64,000 nucleotides of DNA, from assembly GCA_947302125.1 (NCBI GenBank), contig CAMYUL010000001.1, positions 54,258 through 118,257 of the forward strand, given 5' to 3'. Shown piece after piece: positions 19,441-28,795 of the stretch (positions are counted from its first letter, which is position 1; each line of letters opens with the position of its first letter). The notes beneath the pieces were generated by a model. That model was not told where the DNA came from and searched no databases. It saw only the letters and a program-made list of their open reading frames with translations. Position numbers and translations under genes: made by a program. This DNA is from an uncultured Candidatus Saccharibacteria bacterium (GTDB lineage: Bacteria; Patescibacteriota; Saccharimonadia; Saccharimonadales; Saccharimonadaceae).

Positions 19441-22400
19441 TTAATCAGAGACGTAAGTGCTGATTAAGTCCTGAAGTTTGCTGGCGTGATCCTCGACGGT
19501 GAGGGTGCGGTCATTGCCGTTGAAGATAGCATACTCATTGAATTCGTCGATGACTGGTTCGAAGCGGCGATCAGTGGATAGAGCGTCCATGAGATAGTCA
19601 TTAGCTCTACTGAAGAAGGCGTCAGTGTCACCGACACACTCAGCGGCGATCATATCAATATTCTTGAGATGATTCATAAACTCGCTGTCTTGGCGATTAT
19701 AGAAGGACCAAGGAGCGTTTCTCTCGGAGCGTGTAAAGTCGCGGTCGACACGGTTAGCGTTATCCTCGGAGCGTTGCATGCGAGCGCGAAGCTCTGGCGA
19801 AGCGGTGAGAATGCTGCGAAGTCTAGTAGCGTTAGTCAAGGTATCGCCGTTGTTGGAAAGTGGATCCACGAGCATTGGATATTTTCTGCGGATTTCTGCA
19901 AGATTGGCATTCTTTGGTAAGTCTGGGAAGATCTTGCGAATTTCCTCATTGTTAGACAAGCCGATAACTTCTGCCCAGAGATCGTTCCAGTTAGCTTGGG
20001 CGCTAGGCTTCTGGTTGTCGATAATATTTGGCGTCATACGAGACATCATGTTGGCAAACTTTGGAAGTGCCCCGTTAATAAACTTGTTAATAACGGTATT
20101 CTTGAGCTGCTCGTAGGTGGCCTCACTTGGGTCGACAGTATGACACTTGAAGCCGCCATTGCCATTTGGAATGAGATTGCCATTCTCGTCAGTGTCAAAG
20201 ACCGTACCCTTCATTTTCTCGCCGTTGACGTTCTTGTAAGAACGGAGAGATTCCTCATTAAAGAGCATCTTGTCCCAGTTAGCAGGATCCATGAGCAACT
20301 TGAGCTGCTGGAATTCGGCGAAGTCCTGGGTGTTGAAGTTGCTTGGCTTACCGGTTTTGTTAAGGTTATCAAGACGGGCAAGGTTCAAGTGGACAAAGTC
20401 CTTGATGTAACGGTTACCAACGGAAGTAGCATACATTGGGCCGGCGAAGGCAGCTTTTTCCTTGAAGCCGGAAGACATGGTGGCACGGTTCAAAGTGGTG
20501 CTGAGGTTGGCAAGACCAACGCCTGGGAGATCTTTGATAGACCCCTCGTTAATACCGGAAAGAATACCGTAGAGGCCGTTGATTGGATCAGCGATCGGCA
20601 TATCCCAGTTGGCGAAGATTTCCTTCATTGCAGGAGTATCTTTCTTGTAGACACGGGTAACGAAATTACCTTCCTGGTCAACAGCGTCATAGTAGAAGCC
20701 GTTTTCATCCTGTTTCTCATAAGCTGATTGCTCAGCGATGACCTCTGGATGGTAGAGCAAGAACTCGCCTGGGCTTTTCTCAGTGACTTTGATTTTATTG
20801 CCCTTTTCGTCGAGGACGAAGTTGCCGCTAGCATCCTTCTTGTAGTAGAAGGCTTTTTCGCCAGTTTTGCGGTTAAGCGCAAAACCATCATCATCGGTAT
20901 AATAACCAACAAGCATTGGACGGGCAGTAGGCTTAGTGTAGCCATATTTACTGAAGACGTAGTTGGTGTAAGCGCGGCGCTTAGCCTCGTTGGCGGCAGA
21001 CTTGCTGATAACTTCACCAAGAACGGTGAGCTCGCCTTTCTCGCCAAGAGCGCCAGCGGCGCCAGTAATGTAATGCTTATAGTCATGCTCAGCGTTGAGA
21101 GTCTTTGGAATAAGCATACCGTTTGCATCGCGCATGAGGTTGCCATCATTGTCAGTCTTGTAAGCATTGCGGAACTTGTTGTACTGACCCATGACAAAGT
21201 CTTCATCGGCGAAGGCGTCGTTTTCTTCGGTAAGGTTAGCGCGGTAAAGCTCGAGATAATTGTGGCCAGCGGTATGGTCAAGATGCTTGTCGCGCTTGGT
21301 AGTCTTGTGGTACTTGCCATAGTTGTCGAGAACGTGGGCTGTATCCTTAGTAGCGGCAGCGAGCTCGAGCTCGGTGTTCTTCATAGTCTTAGCGCCACGA
21401 GTAGATCTGGTAGTTCTTAGGCTCTTCTGGCTTTCGCCGTCGGCTGGATCGTACTTCTGAGTACCGAGGATACTGCGCTGAGCGTAAATGAGGCCACGGC
21501 TACTTCTAGTAGTAGTCTCGTTCTTAATGTTCTCTTCGCGGAGAGAAGTATGCCTATCTAGGAAGCGGCGTATGCCGGCGGATGGGGCAGCGGAATGGTT
21601 GATGTGGCGGAGTTTAGCGAGTTCGCCATGGGAACCGGTCCAGTCTTTGGCGACAGCGCGAGGTTTGTCGGCGATGCTGTCGAGCTTGCTGCTGATTTTG
21701 CCAAGAACAGTATTGCTCATCTTCATGAGGGATACGGAAGCGAATAATGGGAAGACCTGAACGGCCATACCGAGAATAATGCCAAAGGCGCTGCCGGATT
21801 TGACGGCATTAGCAATTAGTGCCCAGCCAGCGAGTTTGGATGCTCCAAAGAGAAGACTGAACATTGGGTAGAAAATAAGCATGGAGGCGAAAGTGTCTTT
21901 CCATTTCTTGAACCAGGATTCGGTGTTTGGTAGGAGGTAGGCAACGAAGGCAAGTGGCGCGATCATTACGAGCATGGAAATGAGTGCTTGGCGAAGGCCG
22001 AGAGTGACAAGGCCGACAAGCACGGAAAGGATGCCGCCGATGAGGGTGCCAAGTAGTGGCCAGAGGAAGCCGCCGAGGCCGCCGGCGATGGTTGCAACGC
22101 CAAGGCCTAAGACGGAGCCGCCACCGATAAGGGCAGCAGTAAGTTCTGTCCAGGTGACTCCGGAGGCATCACCAAGACCGCCAGCCAGGATGGCTTGGGC
22201 TTGAATACTGTCAAAGACTCCCCCAATGCTACCACCGACGACGTTGCTAACGTCAACGAGGACGGCGCAGAGTAGGTAGGAGAGGTTGATTAAGACGGCG
22301 GAAACAATCAGCTTTGGCAAGACCTTTTTGATGCCGTAGTTATTGATACCGAGACCGGTGATCTGAGAATAGATCACGATGAGGAGCATAATTACGAAGA

Positions 22401-22845
22401 TGATATTAGTAATATCGCGCATAATTTGCCAGACATTGTAAACTGGTGAGGTATTGTCGGCTGTCATAGGGGTGACAATAAGGAGATTCTGGATAAGTCC
22501 ATAAATGGAGTCGATGGCTTTGCCAAGGACACCGGTAGTAGGACAGACTAGCCAGCCGATGGCGCCAAGTTGGTCGTAACAGGTATCAGTGGCTTCTGAT
22601 TCGGAGGCACTGTCGGCGTCGCTAACCTCGTCGGTTTCGACGTCGGCAACTAAGTTGCTTAAGCTTTCAGGGGTGGAGATAGTAGTTTCGGCAATTTTGG
22701 TCGTTTCTGGAGCAATTTCTGCGGTCGCTGCAACAGGGGTGGAAAGTGTTAATGCTAGATTAAGGCCAAAACTTGACAAGATAGCAAAAATAACACCAAA
22801 AATGGTTCTAGTGAGCCTGGATTTTATAGGTGTAATTTTACTCAT
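19441..22845 (-). CDS. VirB6/TrbL-like polytopic membrane protein with a long C-terminal extension
   Basis: WQIMRDITN..KKVLPKLIVSAVLINLSY..APLAFVAYLLPNTESWFKKW pattern; ~700-aa hydrophilic tail. Confidence 0.75.
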   Translation of the reverse strand: MSKITPIKSRLTRTIFGVIFAILSSFGLNLALTLSTPVAATAEIAPETTKIAETTISTPESLSNLVADVETDEVSDADSASESEATDTCYDQLGAIGWLVCPTTGVLGKAIDSIYGLIQNLLIVTPMTADNTSPVYNVWQIMRDITNIIFVIMLLIVIYSQITGLGINNYGIKKVLPKLIVSAVLINLSYLLCAVLVDVSNVVGGSIGGVFDSIQAQAILAGGLGDASGVTWTELTAALIGGGSVLGLGVATIAGGLGGFLWPLLGTLIGGILSVLVGLVTLGLRQALISMLVMIAPLAFVAYLLPNTESWFKKWKDTFASMLIFYPMFSLLFGASKLAGWALIANAVKSGSAFGIILGMAVQVFPLFASVSLMKMSNTVLGKISSKLDSIADKPRAVAKDWTGSHGELAKLRHINHSAAPSAGIRRFLDRHTSLREENIKNETTTRSSRGLIYAQRSILGTQKYDPADGESQKSLRTTRSTRGAKTMKNTELELAAATKDTAHVLDNYGKYHKTTKRDKHLDHTAGHNYLELYRANLTEENDAFADEDFVMGQYNKFRNAYKTDNDGNLMRDANGMLIPKTLNAEHDYKHYITGAAGALGEKGELTVLGEVISKSAANEAKRRAYTNYVFSKYGYTKPTARPMLVGYYTDDDGFALNRKTGEKAFYYKKDASGNFVLDEKGNKIKVTEKSPGEFLLYHPEVIAEQSAYEKQDENGFYYDAVDQEGNFVTRVYKKDTPAMKEIFANWDMPIADPINGLYGILSGINEGSIKDLPGVGLANLSTTLNRATMSSGFKEKAAFAGPMYATSVGNRYIKDFVHLNLARLDNLNKTGKPSNFNTQDFAEFQQLKLLMDPANWDKMLFNEESLRSYKNVNGEKMKGTVFDTDENGNLIPNGNGGFKCHTVDPSEATYEQLKNTVINKFINGALPKFANMMSRMTPNIIDNQKPSAQANWNDLWAEVIGLSNNEEIRKIFPDLPKNANLAEIRRKYPMLVDPLSNNGDTLTNATRLRSILTASPELRARMQRSEDNANRVDRDFTRSERNAPWSFYNRQDSEFMNHLKNIDMIAAECVGDTDAFFSRANDYLMDALSTDRRFEPVIDEFNEYAIFNGNDRTLTVEDHASKLQDLISTYVSD

Positions 22846-22982
22846 AATAAACAATCGCTATCTATTAGCTCTGTTTTCTATTATATCACACATAAGCGGA
22901 TTAGTCAATAGGTTTAACATAGTTTTTAAGGGAAAATGCTATTTTCTTGCTACTTAGGGGCAAAATATGGTATCATAAGGGT

Positions 22983-23444
22983 ATGAAAAAGTTTTTTGCT
23001 TGTATTTGTATGATATTTACACTGGTATTTGGGGCGGTAACAGTGGCGCCAGCGGCGGTTTATGCCGATAATAATAGCAATACGACTGATAATTGCGATG
23101 GTAATGGATCGGCGTTCTTTTCCCTGAAGCCATGGTATGCTGGTGTGACCGAAAGCGTAAATGGTAACTGCGAGGTGAAGAGCCCAGATAAGGGGGATGG
23201 CGAAGGATTTGCAAAGTTTATCTGGACCATCGTGTTAAATATCTTGTATGATTTGACGGTGATGGCTGGCTATTTAACCATTATCATGGTGGCGTGGGGT
23301 GGTTACCTGTACATGTTCTCTAGCGGTATGGCAGATAGGGCTGAGAAAGGCAAAAAGACTTTGATGGCGGCGTTTATCGGATTGGCGATTGCGATGTTGG
23401 CAAGCGTAATCTTGAATACTATATCGGTGATTTTAATTGGATAG
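22983..23444 (+). CDS. VirB2/TrbC-like pilin 1
   Basis: Signal peptide; GGYLYMFSSG..AEKGKKTLMAAFIGL two-TM pilin pattern. Confidence 0.75.
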   Translation: MKKFFACICMIFTLVFGAVTVAPAAVYADNNSNTTDNCDGNGSAFFSLKPWYAGVTESVNGNCEVKSPDKGDGEGFAKFIWTIVLNILYDLTVMAGYLTIIMVAWGGYLYMFSSGMADRAEKGKKTLMAAFIGLAIAMLASVILNTISVILIG

Positions 23445-23451
23445 GAGGATT

Positions 23452-23757
23452 ATGAAATTTTTTGCAGTAATTCCAGACGAAACTAAGGAGCTGATTAACA
23501 ACCTGCCAAATAACAGTGGTGTGGGGGCGGCGAATTTGACAACGATTTTGAACTGGATCTATATTGCTGGTGGGATTGTGGCGGTGATCGTGATTGTTTA
23601 TGCTGGATCTAAGTACATTCTTTCTCAGGGGCAGCCTGAGAAGATGAAGCAGGCTAGCCAGATTATCGCTTATGCGATTATTGGTCTAGTCGTGGTGGTC
23701 CTAGCGGCGGCGATCACGGCGTTTGTATCGGGAATAATTGGAGGTTCAACACAATAA
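23452..23757 (+). CDS. VirB2/TrbC-like pilin 2
   Basis: VIVYAGSKYILSQGQPEKMKQASQIIAYAIIGL; AGGAGG SD. Confidence 0.8.
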   Translation: MKFFAVIPDETKELINNLPNNSGVGAANLTTILNWIYIAGGIVAVIVIVYAGSKYILSQGQPEKMKQASQIIAYAIIGLVVVVLAAAITAFVSGIIGGSTQ

Positions 23758-24152
23758 TGAAAAAAGTAATTTTGGGGATTTTGGTATTAGTCTTTGGGGT
23801 GGTGGCTTGTGGAGCAGTGATGGCGCCAGAGGCAGCGTATGCTGAGAACGAGTTTACAAAGAAGGGGTGTGAGCTAGCAACGACTGAAGAGCAGAAGGCT
23901 GCGCTTGGGTGTGATCAGGAAGCACAGGCTTCGAGCACGGCGAAGAATTTGATTAATGCGGCAATTTCTATACTGGGGATTGTGGCGGTGGCAATCTTGA
24001 TTGTTGCTGGCCAGAGGTATATTGTAGCTCGTGGCGATGCAAACCTGTTAACGCAGGCTAGAAATATGATTATCGCCGGTGTTGTAGGGTTGATTGTCGC
24101 AATTTTGGCATTTGCAATTGTGAACTTTATTCTCGGTAGTGTTTTTCAATAA
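23757..24152 (+). CDS. VirB2/TrbC-like pilin 3
   Basis: AGQRYIVARGDANLLTQARNMIIAGVVGL..AFAIVNF. Confidence 0.8.
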   Translation: MKKVILGILVLVFGVVACGAVMAPEAAYAENEFTKKGCELATTEEQKAALGCDQEAQASSTAKNLINAAISILGIVAVAILIVAGQRYIVARGDANLLTQARNMIIAGVVGLIVAILAFAIVNFILGSVFQ

Positions 24153-24216
24153 AAGTCTTGCTACATCAAAAAGGTGTGATATAATATTATTAAAATAATC
24201 TAAAGGAACAAATTCT

Positions 24217-24615
24217 ATGAAGATTACAGAAAAACTTAAAATGGCAACTATGGGTCTTGCTGCTGTCGCCACTCTTGGTGCAACTGCTCTTATTGCCCCA
24301 ACCGTAAGTGCTGTGGATGGCTATGACAACGCTTCCAAGTACACCAGTGGTGATAAAGCTGGTCAGGGCGCTGGTCAGAGCACAGATCTTATGACCATTC
24401 TTAACACCATTATCAACGTTGCTCTTGGCGTTATCGGTTTCGTAGCTGTCGTGATGATCATCGTAGGTGGTGTTCAGTACACTACTTCCGCTGGTGATGC
24501 TGCTAAGGTTACCAAGGCTAAGAACACTATCATGTATGGTGTCGTCGGTCTCGTAATCGCACTTCTAGCATTTGCAATTGTCAACTTCATCTTGAACAAC
24601 GTGTTCAATAGCTAA
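24217..24615 (+). CDS. VirB2/TrbC-like pilin 4 (probable major pilin)
   Basis: GGVQYTTSAGDAAKVTKAKNTIMYGVVGL..AFAIVNF; own promoter and terminator. Confidence 0.85.
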   Translation: MKITEKLKMATMGLAAVATLGATALIAPTVSAVDGYDNASKYTSGDKAGQGAGQSTDLMTILNTIINVALGVIGFVAVVMIIVGGVQYTTSAGDAAKVTKAKNTIMYGVVGLVIALLAFAIVNFILNNVFNS

Positions 24616-24622
24616 TTGACTT

Positions 24623-24653
24623 TAAAAGCTCCCCTTTTCGGGGAGCTTTTTTT
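24623..24653 (+). terminator. Intrinsic terminator after pilin 4
   Basis: AAAAGCTCCCC-TTTTC-GGGGAGCTTTTTTT. Confidence 0.85.
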
Positions 24654-24691
24654 GTGATATAGTAGAGATAAGATATTTAAAGGAGTAAAAG

Positions 24692-25180
24692 ATGAATAAG
24701 ATAAAGATGCTTGTGGCGGGGGTAGTCATGGCAGCAGTGGCAGTATTTGGATTTTCCACACCAGTATCGGCGGTGACCTGTCCAGCTGGAACCTTGCGTG
24801 GGGATGCTGGCGAAGAGGCTGATTCCCTGGCGCAATGTAGTGTGCCAGTAGATGAGCCGGGCCAGGATTTGATGAGCACGGTCCACGTAATCTTGAACGT
24901 GGCACTTTCTGTACTAGGCATCGTGACAGTCATAATGATTATCCTTGGTGGCGTAGAATACACGACATCACAAGGCGATGCTACTAGATTAACTAAGGCT
25001 AGGAATACTATCTTGTACGGCGTGATTGGCTTAATTATTTCCCTGTTGGCGTTTGCAATTGTAAACTTTGTACTAGTCAATATCTTCGGTGGAAGTGGTG
25101 GATCGTCGTCTAGCTCATCTTCATCTTCATCTTCGAGCTCAAATAATCCAAATAGTAGTGCTACGATTACGCAGCATTAG
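24692..25180 (+). CDS. VirB2/TrbC-like pilin 5 with Gly/Ser-rich tail
   Basis: GGVEYTTSQGDATRLTKARNTILYGVIGL..AFAIVNF; poly-Ser C-terminus. Confidence 0.8.
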   Translation: MNKIKMLVAGVVMAAVAVFGFSTPVSAVTCPAGTLRGDAGEEADSLAQCSVPVDEPGQDLMSTVHVILNVALSVLGIVTVIMIILGGVEYTTSQGDATRLTKARNTILYGVIGLIISLLAFAIVNFVLVNIFGGSGGSSSSSSSSSSSSSNNPNSSATITQH

Positions 25181-25188
25181 GATTGGGC

Positions 25189-25452
25189 GGAACAAGTAAA
25201 TATAAGTATTTGAGCTTATGGACTTGTTCGTAGATAAAAAATACAACACATACGTGTTGTATTTTTTACACTCACAAATCTGGTCTAAATCTCATTATAA
25301 GCTCAAATACTTATATTTACTTGTTCCTTGAAACTAGAAAGCGTTCGTAGTAGAAAATACAGCGAAAGTTGTATTTTTTACACTCACAAATCTGGTCTAA
25401 ATCTCATTATAAGCTCAAATATTTATATTTACTTGTTCCTTGAAACTAGAAA
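25189..25452. repeat. Nested palindromic/duplicated intergenic element A
   Basis: Perfect 31-nt inverted repeat 25189-25219/25297-25327; 85-nt direct repeat 25256-25340/25368-25452 (1 mismatch); internal hairpins. Confidence 0.9.
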
Positions 25453-25475
25453 AGCTCCCGAGAAGGGAGCTTTTT
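25450..25475. terminator. Bidirectional intrinsic terminator
   Basis: AAAAGCTCCC-GAGAA-GGGAGCTTTTT between convergent genes. Confidence 0.8.
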
Positions 25476-25497
25476 ATTTCTAGGTGTTGTTCCAGAA

Positions 25498-25977
25498 TTA
25501 TTGGATCTGGATTTTCTTTGGAGCTTCGACTTTTTCTTTCTCGAAGGTGATGGTGAGGACACCATCTTTTAGCTCAGCTTTGACGCTATTCTCGTCTTCG
25601 CGGACCTGAACAGGAAGAGCGATAGTACGAGAGAATTCGCCCCAGTAGCATTCCTGGATGTGCCAGCGAGTGGTGTGTTCATCTTCGCCACCGGACAAGA
25701 CACCAGAGATAGTTAAGATGTTGTCTGAGATGCTGACATCGAGGTCAGATTTAGAAATTCCGGCTGTGCGAGCCTTTACTACTAGTTGATCGGCGGTTTC
25801 GTAGACATCTACAGCGAGCTGTCCAGGAAATTCGTCGGTATTGTCCCACCCGTCGTCATCTGCTGGAGCAGTATCTGCAGCTTCCTCAGGGGCAGCAGCA
25901 GGAGTAGCGGAGCTTTCATCGAGAAAAGCAGCGGCGAGTTCGTCCTCCATCAGCATGTCGTCGTTATTACGAGCCAT
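25498..25977 (-). CDS. Small heat-shock protein, Hsp20/alpha-crystallin family
   Basis: GQLAVDVYET..LTISG..ECYWGEFSRTIALP..AELKDGVLTI; GGAGG SD before ATG 25977. Confidence 0.92.
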   Translation of the reverse strand: MARNNDDMLMEDELAAAFLDESSATPAAAPEEAADTAPADDDGWDNTDEFPGQLAVDVYETADQLVVKARTAGISKSDLDVSISDNILTISGVLSGGEDEHTTRWHIQECYWGEFSRTIALPVQVREDENSVKAELKDGVLTITFEKEKVEAPKKIQIQ

Positions 25978-26047
25978 ATTTCCTCCACATGAATTAATGT
26001 TGTTATGCTTTATTATAAAGCGTTCCTTTGATAAAATCAACAAAAAT

Positions 26048-26719
26048 ATGGGTTTTGATGTAAAAAATACAACATTTTTTAGCCTCCTCGACATGGTATT
26101 TCCCTATACCTGTAGGGGGTGCGGGCGACTGGGGAGCGTATTATGTGGGCGTTGTAAAAAACACAACATTCAGGCCTCCGTGGGAATATGTCCAAGGTGT
26201 AGAAAAATCATAAAAAGATGTTCTTGCATAGTGCCGGCGTACGGGTTTTGTTATCGGGAGGGGGTGGTTGATGATCTACTGAAAGAGTATAAATATAAGT
26301 CGGTGCGAGGCGCGGCGGAGGTGTTAGCGGAGTGCTTGGATGCAGCGATTCCAGATTCGGTACTTGAGGCGGAGATAGTTCCCTTGCCGACAGCACCGAA
26401 GCATATTAGGGCGCGAGGGTTTGATCATACGCTATATCTGGTGAAGGCGCTTTCGAGGCGGCGTGAAGGATTTTCGGTATGCAGAGCACTTCGGAGGGCA
26501 TCTAATGATGTGCAAGTGGGCAAAGACGATAAGACGCGTGAGGAGCAGGCTGCGCGAGCATACAAGGCCAGTAGCGCTTGTCGGATTGATCCTGAGAAGC
26601 TGTATATCTTGATTGATGACGTGTGGACGACGGGCTCTTCGATGGAAGCGGCAATTAAGGTTATGCAAAAAGCCGGGGCCGTTAAATTGGCCTCGGCTGT
26701 GCTCTTGATGCCAAGATAA
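26048..26719 (+). CDS. comF: ComF family protein (double zinc ribbon + PRTase)
   Basis: FPYTCRGC..LCGRC, CPRC, RARGFDH, LIDDVWTTGSS; start position uncertain. Confidence 0.88.
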   Translation: MGFDVKNTTFFSLLDMVFPYTCRGCGRLGSVLCGRCKKHNIQASVGICPRCRKIIKRCSCIVPAYGFCYREGVVDDLLKEYKYKSVRGAAEVLAECLDAAIPDSVLEAEIVPLPTAPKHIRARGFDHTLYLVKALSRRREGFSVCRALRRASNDVQVGKDDKTREEQAARAYKASSACRIDPEKLYILIDDVWTTGSSMEAAIKVMQKAGAVKLASAVLLMPR

Positions 26720-27154
26720 TTATTGCTGCTCGGAAGTGGTCTGATTATCTAAGTGATCGGTATTAGCAGCAGTGTCGGACTCGCCGGTGATAGCATTGAT
26801 AACGAAGTTGACAATAGCGAAGGCGAGGATGGAAATGATAAGACCGATGATAGCATAAAGAATGGTGTTTTTTGCGTCGGTAACTTTCTTGCTGTCGCCG
26901 CCGGAGATAACATAACGGAGACCGCCATAGATAAGCATAATGACAGATACAATACCAACGATATAGAGAACAGTGTTAGTAACCTGAGTAAAAACGCCTT
27001 CTGGGCCAATAAGGTTGTACGGCATGCCATCAGCGCGAGCGGCTTCGGCGCCATCCTGGACGGAAAGGGCGGCAGCGTTTCTAAAGGTGGACATCAAAAC
27101 TGCGCCACCAAGGCTTAATAGAGAAATGATAGATAATTTGAGTGATTTTTTCAT
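26720..27154 (-). CDS. VirB2/TrbC-like pilin 6
   Basis: YGGLRYVISGGDSKKVTDAKNTILYAIIGL..AFAIVNF. Confidence 0.85.
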   Translation of the reverse strand: MKKSLKLSIISLLSLGGAVLMSTFRNAAALSVQDGAEAARADGMPYNLIGPEGVFTQVTNTVLYIVGIVSVIMLIYGGLRYVISGGDSKKVTDAKNTILYAIIGLIISILAFAIVNFVINAITGESDTAANTDHLDNQTTSEQQ

Positions 27155-27168
27155 ATGTTCTCCTGTTA

Positions 27169-27261
27169 TGGCGGAGGGTGGGAGATTCGAACTCCCGCTC
27201 CAGATTACTCCAGACTAACGATTTAGCAAACCGTCCCCTTCAGCCACTTGGGTAACCCTCC
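27169..27261 (-). tRNA. tRNA-Ser(GCT)
   Basis: GGAGGGTTACCCAAGTGG..ACGGT-TT-GCT-AA-ATCGT..long variable arm..GTTCGAATC..CCCTCCGCCA. Confidence 0.95.
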
Positions 27262-27303
27262 AATAGCTCTATTTTAGCATATTTTTTGAGATGGGGGTAG
27301 GGT

Positions 27304-28230
27304 TTAGCCAAGAAGAATAGAAATTATGATTGGAAGGGAGGCTAGAGAGAAGATGGTTGAGACGGTGACAAGTTCGGAGGCCTCGACTTCGTTGCCGCCG
27401 TACTTGGTGGCAAAGAGTCCAAGGCTGGTGGCGGTTGGGAGAGCTTCAATAAGCGTGCAGACGTAAATAACTGGAGTTGGGAAATTGAGCCAAGTTAAGA
27501 GGAAGTAAGTGGCAATTGGGCCGATGATAAGCTGAGTGGCAGCGGGGATGATGAGCTTCCACTTCTTGATGAGGCCTTTTAAGTGGGCTTCGGAGAGCAT
27601 GAAGCCAATACAGAGGATAGAAAGTGGAGTGGTAGCACCGCCGATGAAGCCGACCGAGTCGGTGACGACGGCTGGAAGCTTGATGTTTAAGAGGAAGAGG
27701 ACCATGCCTAGAATGACGGCAAGGATGTTAGGATTAATAATGGTGTCTAAAACTAGGCGCCAAGTGAGTTTGTTTTTGAAGAGATAAACACCGTAGGAAA
27801 AGAGGGCGATGTTGAAAATAATGATGAAACCGCAGTAGGCGATGATTCCCTGCGGGCCAAAGGTGCTGGCGACGATTGGGTAGCCGAGGAAGGTGGCATT
27901 ATTAAAAATGAGGCCAAATTGGGCTTCGTAACGGAGCTCTTTTTTGAAGAAGAATTTGTTGAAGAAAATTTTTGAAAGAATGATAAGTGCGGTCATGACG
28001 ACAACGCCGCCGAGGAGGCCGGAGAAAAAGAGGTTAGCCGTGCTCTCGTCGTAAGTGCTTGGGAAGGCTAGGAAGAGGCTGGCTGGCATAAAGACGGACA
28101 GAAGAAGATTGACCAGGTGATTGTTGGTATGTTTGTCGATTAACTTGATTTTGCCAAGAATGAAGCCTAAGACCATGATGATGAAGATGGAACCGAGGCG
28201 AGAATAGAAAGTAGTTAATTCGATCTGCAT
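27304..28230 (-). CDS. AEC (auxin efflux carrier) family transporter
   Basis: ~10 TMs; MPASLF, NNATFLGYPI, NPNILA, PTA motifs. Confidence 0.88.
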   Translation of the reverse strand: MQIELTTFYSRLGSIFIIMVLGFILGKIKLIDKHTNNHLVNLLLSVFMPASLFLAFPSTYDESTANLFFSGLLGGVVVMTALIILSKIFFNKFFFKKELRYEAQFGLIFNNATFLGYPIVASTFGPQGIIAYCGFIIIFNIALFSYGVYLFKNKLTWRLVLDTIINPNILAVILGMVLFLLNIKLPAVVTDSVGFIGGATTPLSILCIGFMLSEAHLKGLIKKWKLIIPAATQLIIGPIATYFLLTWLNFPTPVIYVCTLIEALPTATSLGLFATKYGGNEVEASELVTVSTIFSLASLPIIISILLG

Positions 28231-28265
28231 GTACTTATTATAACATTATGTGATATAATGTGCTT

Positions 28266-28730
28266 ATGGATAAAACGAAAGACACGACTTGGGAAGCGCG
28301 CGAGTACGTGCCACACGATAAAAATATGGGGTGGTATGTCGCGCTAATAATTATTGGCTTAGCTTTGACCGCACTAGGAATTTGGGTTGGTTGGTGGAGT
28401 TTTTCCCTGCTAATTATCGTGTCGGTGATCGCGCTAATTATTTATTCAGTACGTCCGCCACGCGTAATGAAATATTCTTTTACAGCTAAGGGTCTGAAGG
28501 AAGGTAATAAGGTTTACGATTTTTCTGAGTACAAGTCTTTTGGCGTGATTAATGATGGCGGTCATTATGCCATAGTTTTGACGCCACGCAAGAGATTTGC
28601 GCCAAGAATTTGGGTGTATTTCCCAGAGGAGAGTGGCGAAGCTATCGTGGATGCTTTTGGCGCAAAATTGCCAATGGAACAGGTAAAGCTTGACGTAGTT
28701 GATAAAATTGTCAGAGCGCTGAGAATTTAG
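28266..28730 (+). CDS. Conserved hypothetical membrane protein
   Basis: WEAREY..K..GWY + two TMs + soluble domain; TGATATAAT just upstream. Confidence 0.75.
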   Translation: MDKTKDTTWEAREYVPHDKNMGWYVALIIIGLALTALGIWVGWWSFSLLIIVSVIALIIYSVRPPRVMKYSFTAKGLKEGNKVYDFSEYKSFGVINDGGHYAIVLTPRKRFAPRIWVYFPEESGEAIVDAFGAKLPMEQVKLDVVDKIVRALRI

Positions 28731-28795
28731 TGTTGCATTTTGTTTATGCTTATGCTAAAATAGTGCCAAGTATTATATAAAAAGGGTGGTCATAT

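Noticed and set aside
19669..21760. Long antisense and alternate-frame ORFs (e.g. 19996..20727, 20728..21420, 20625..21320)
   Set aside because: Shadows of the codon-biased VirB6-like gene with no motifs. The same applies to similar shadow ORFs over valS, pyrG and others.
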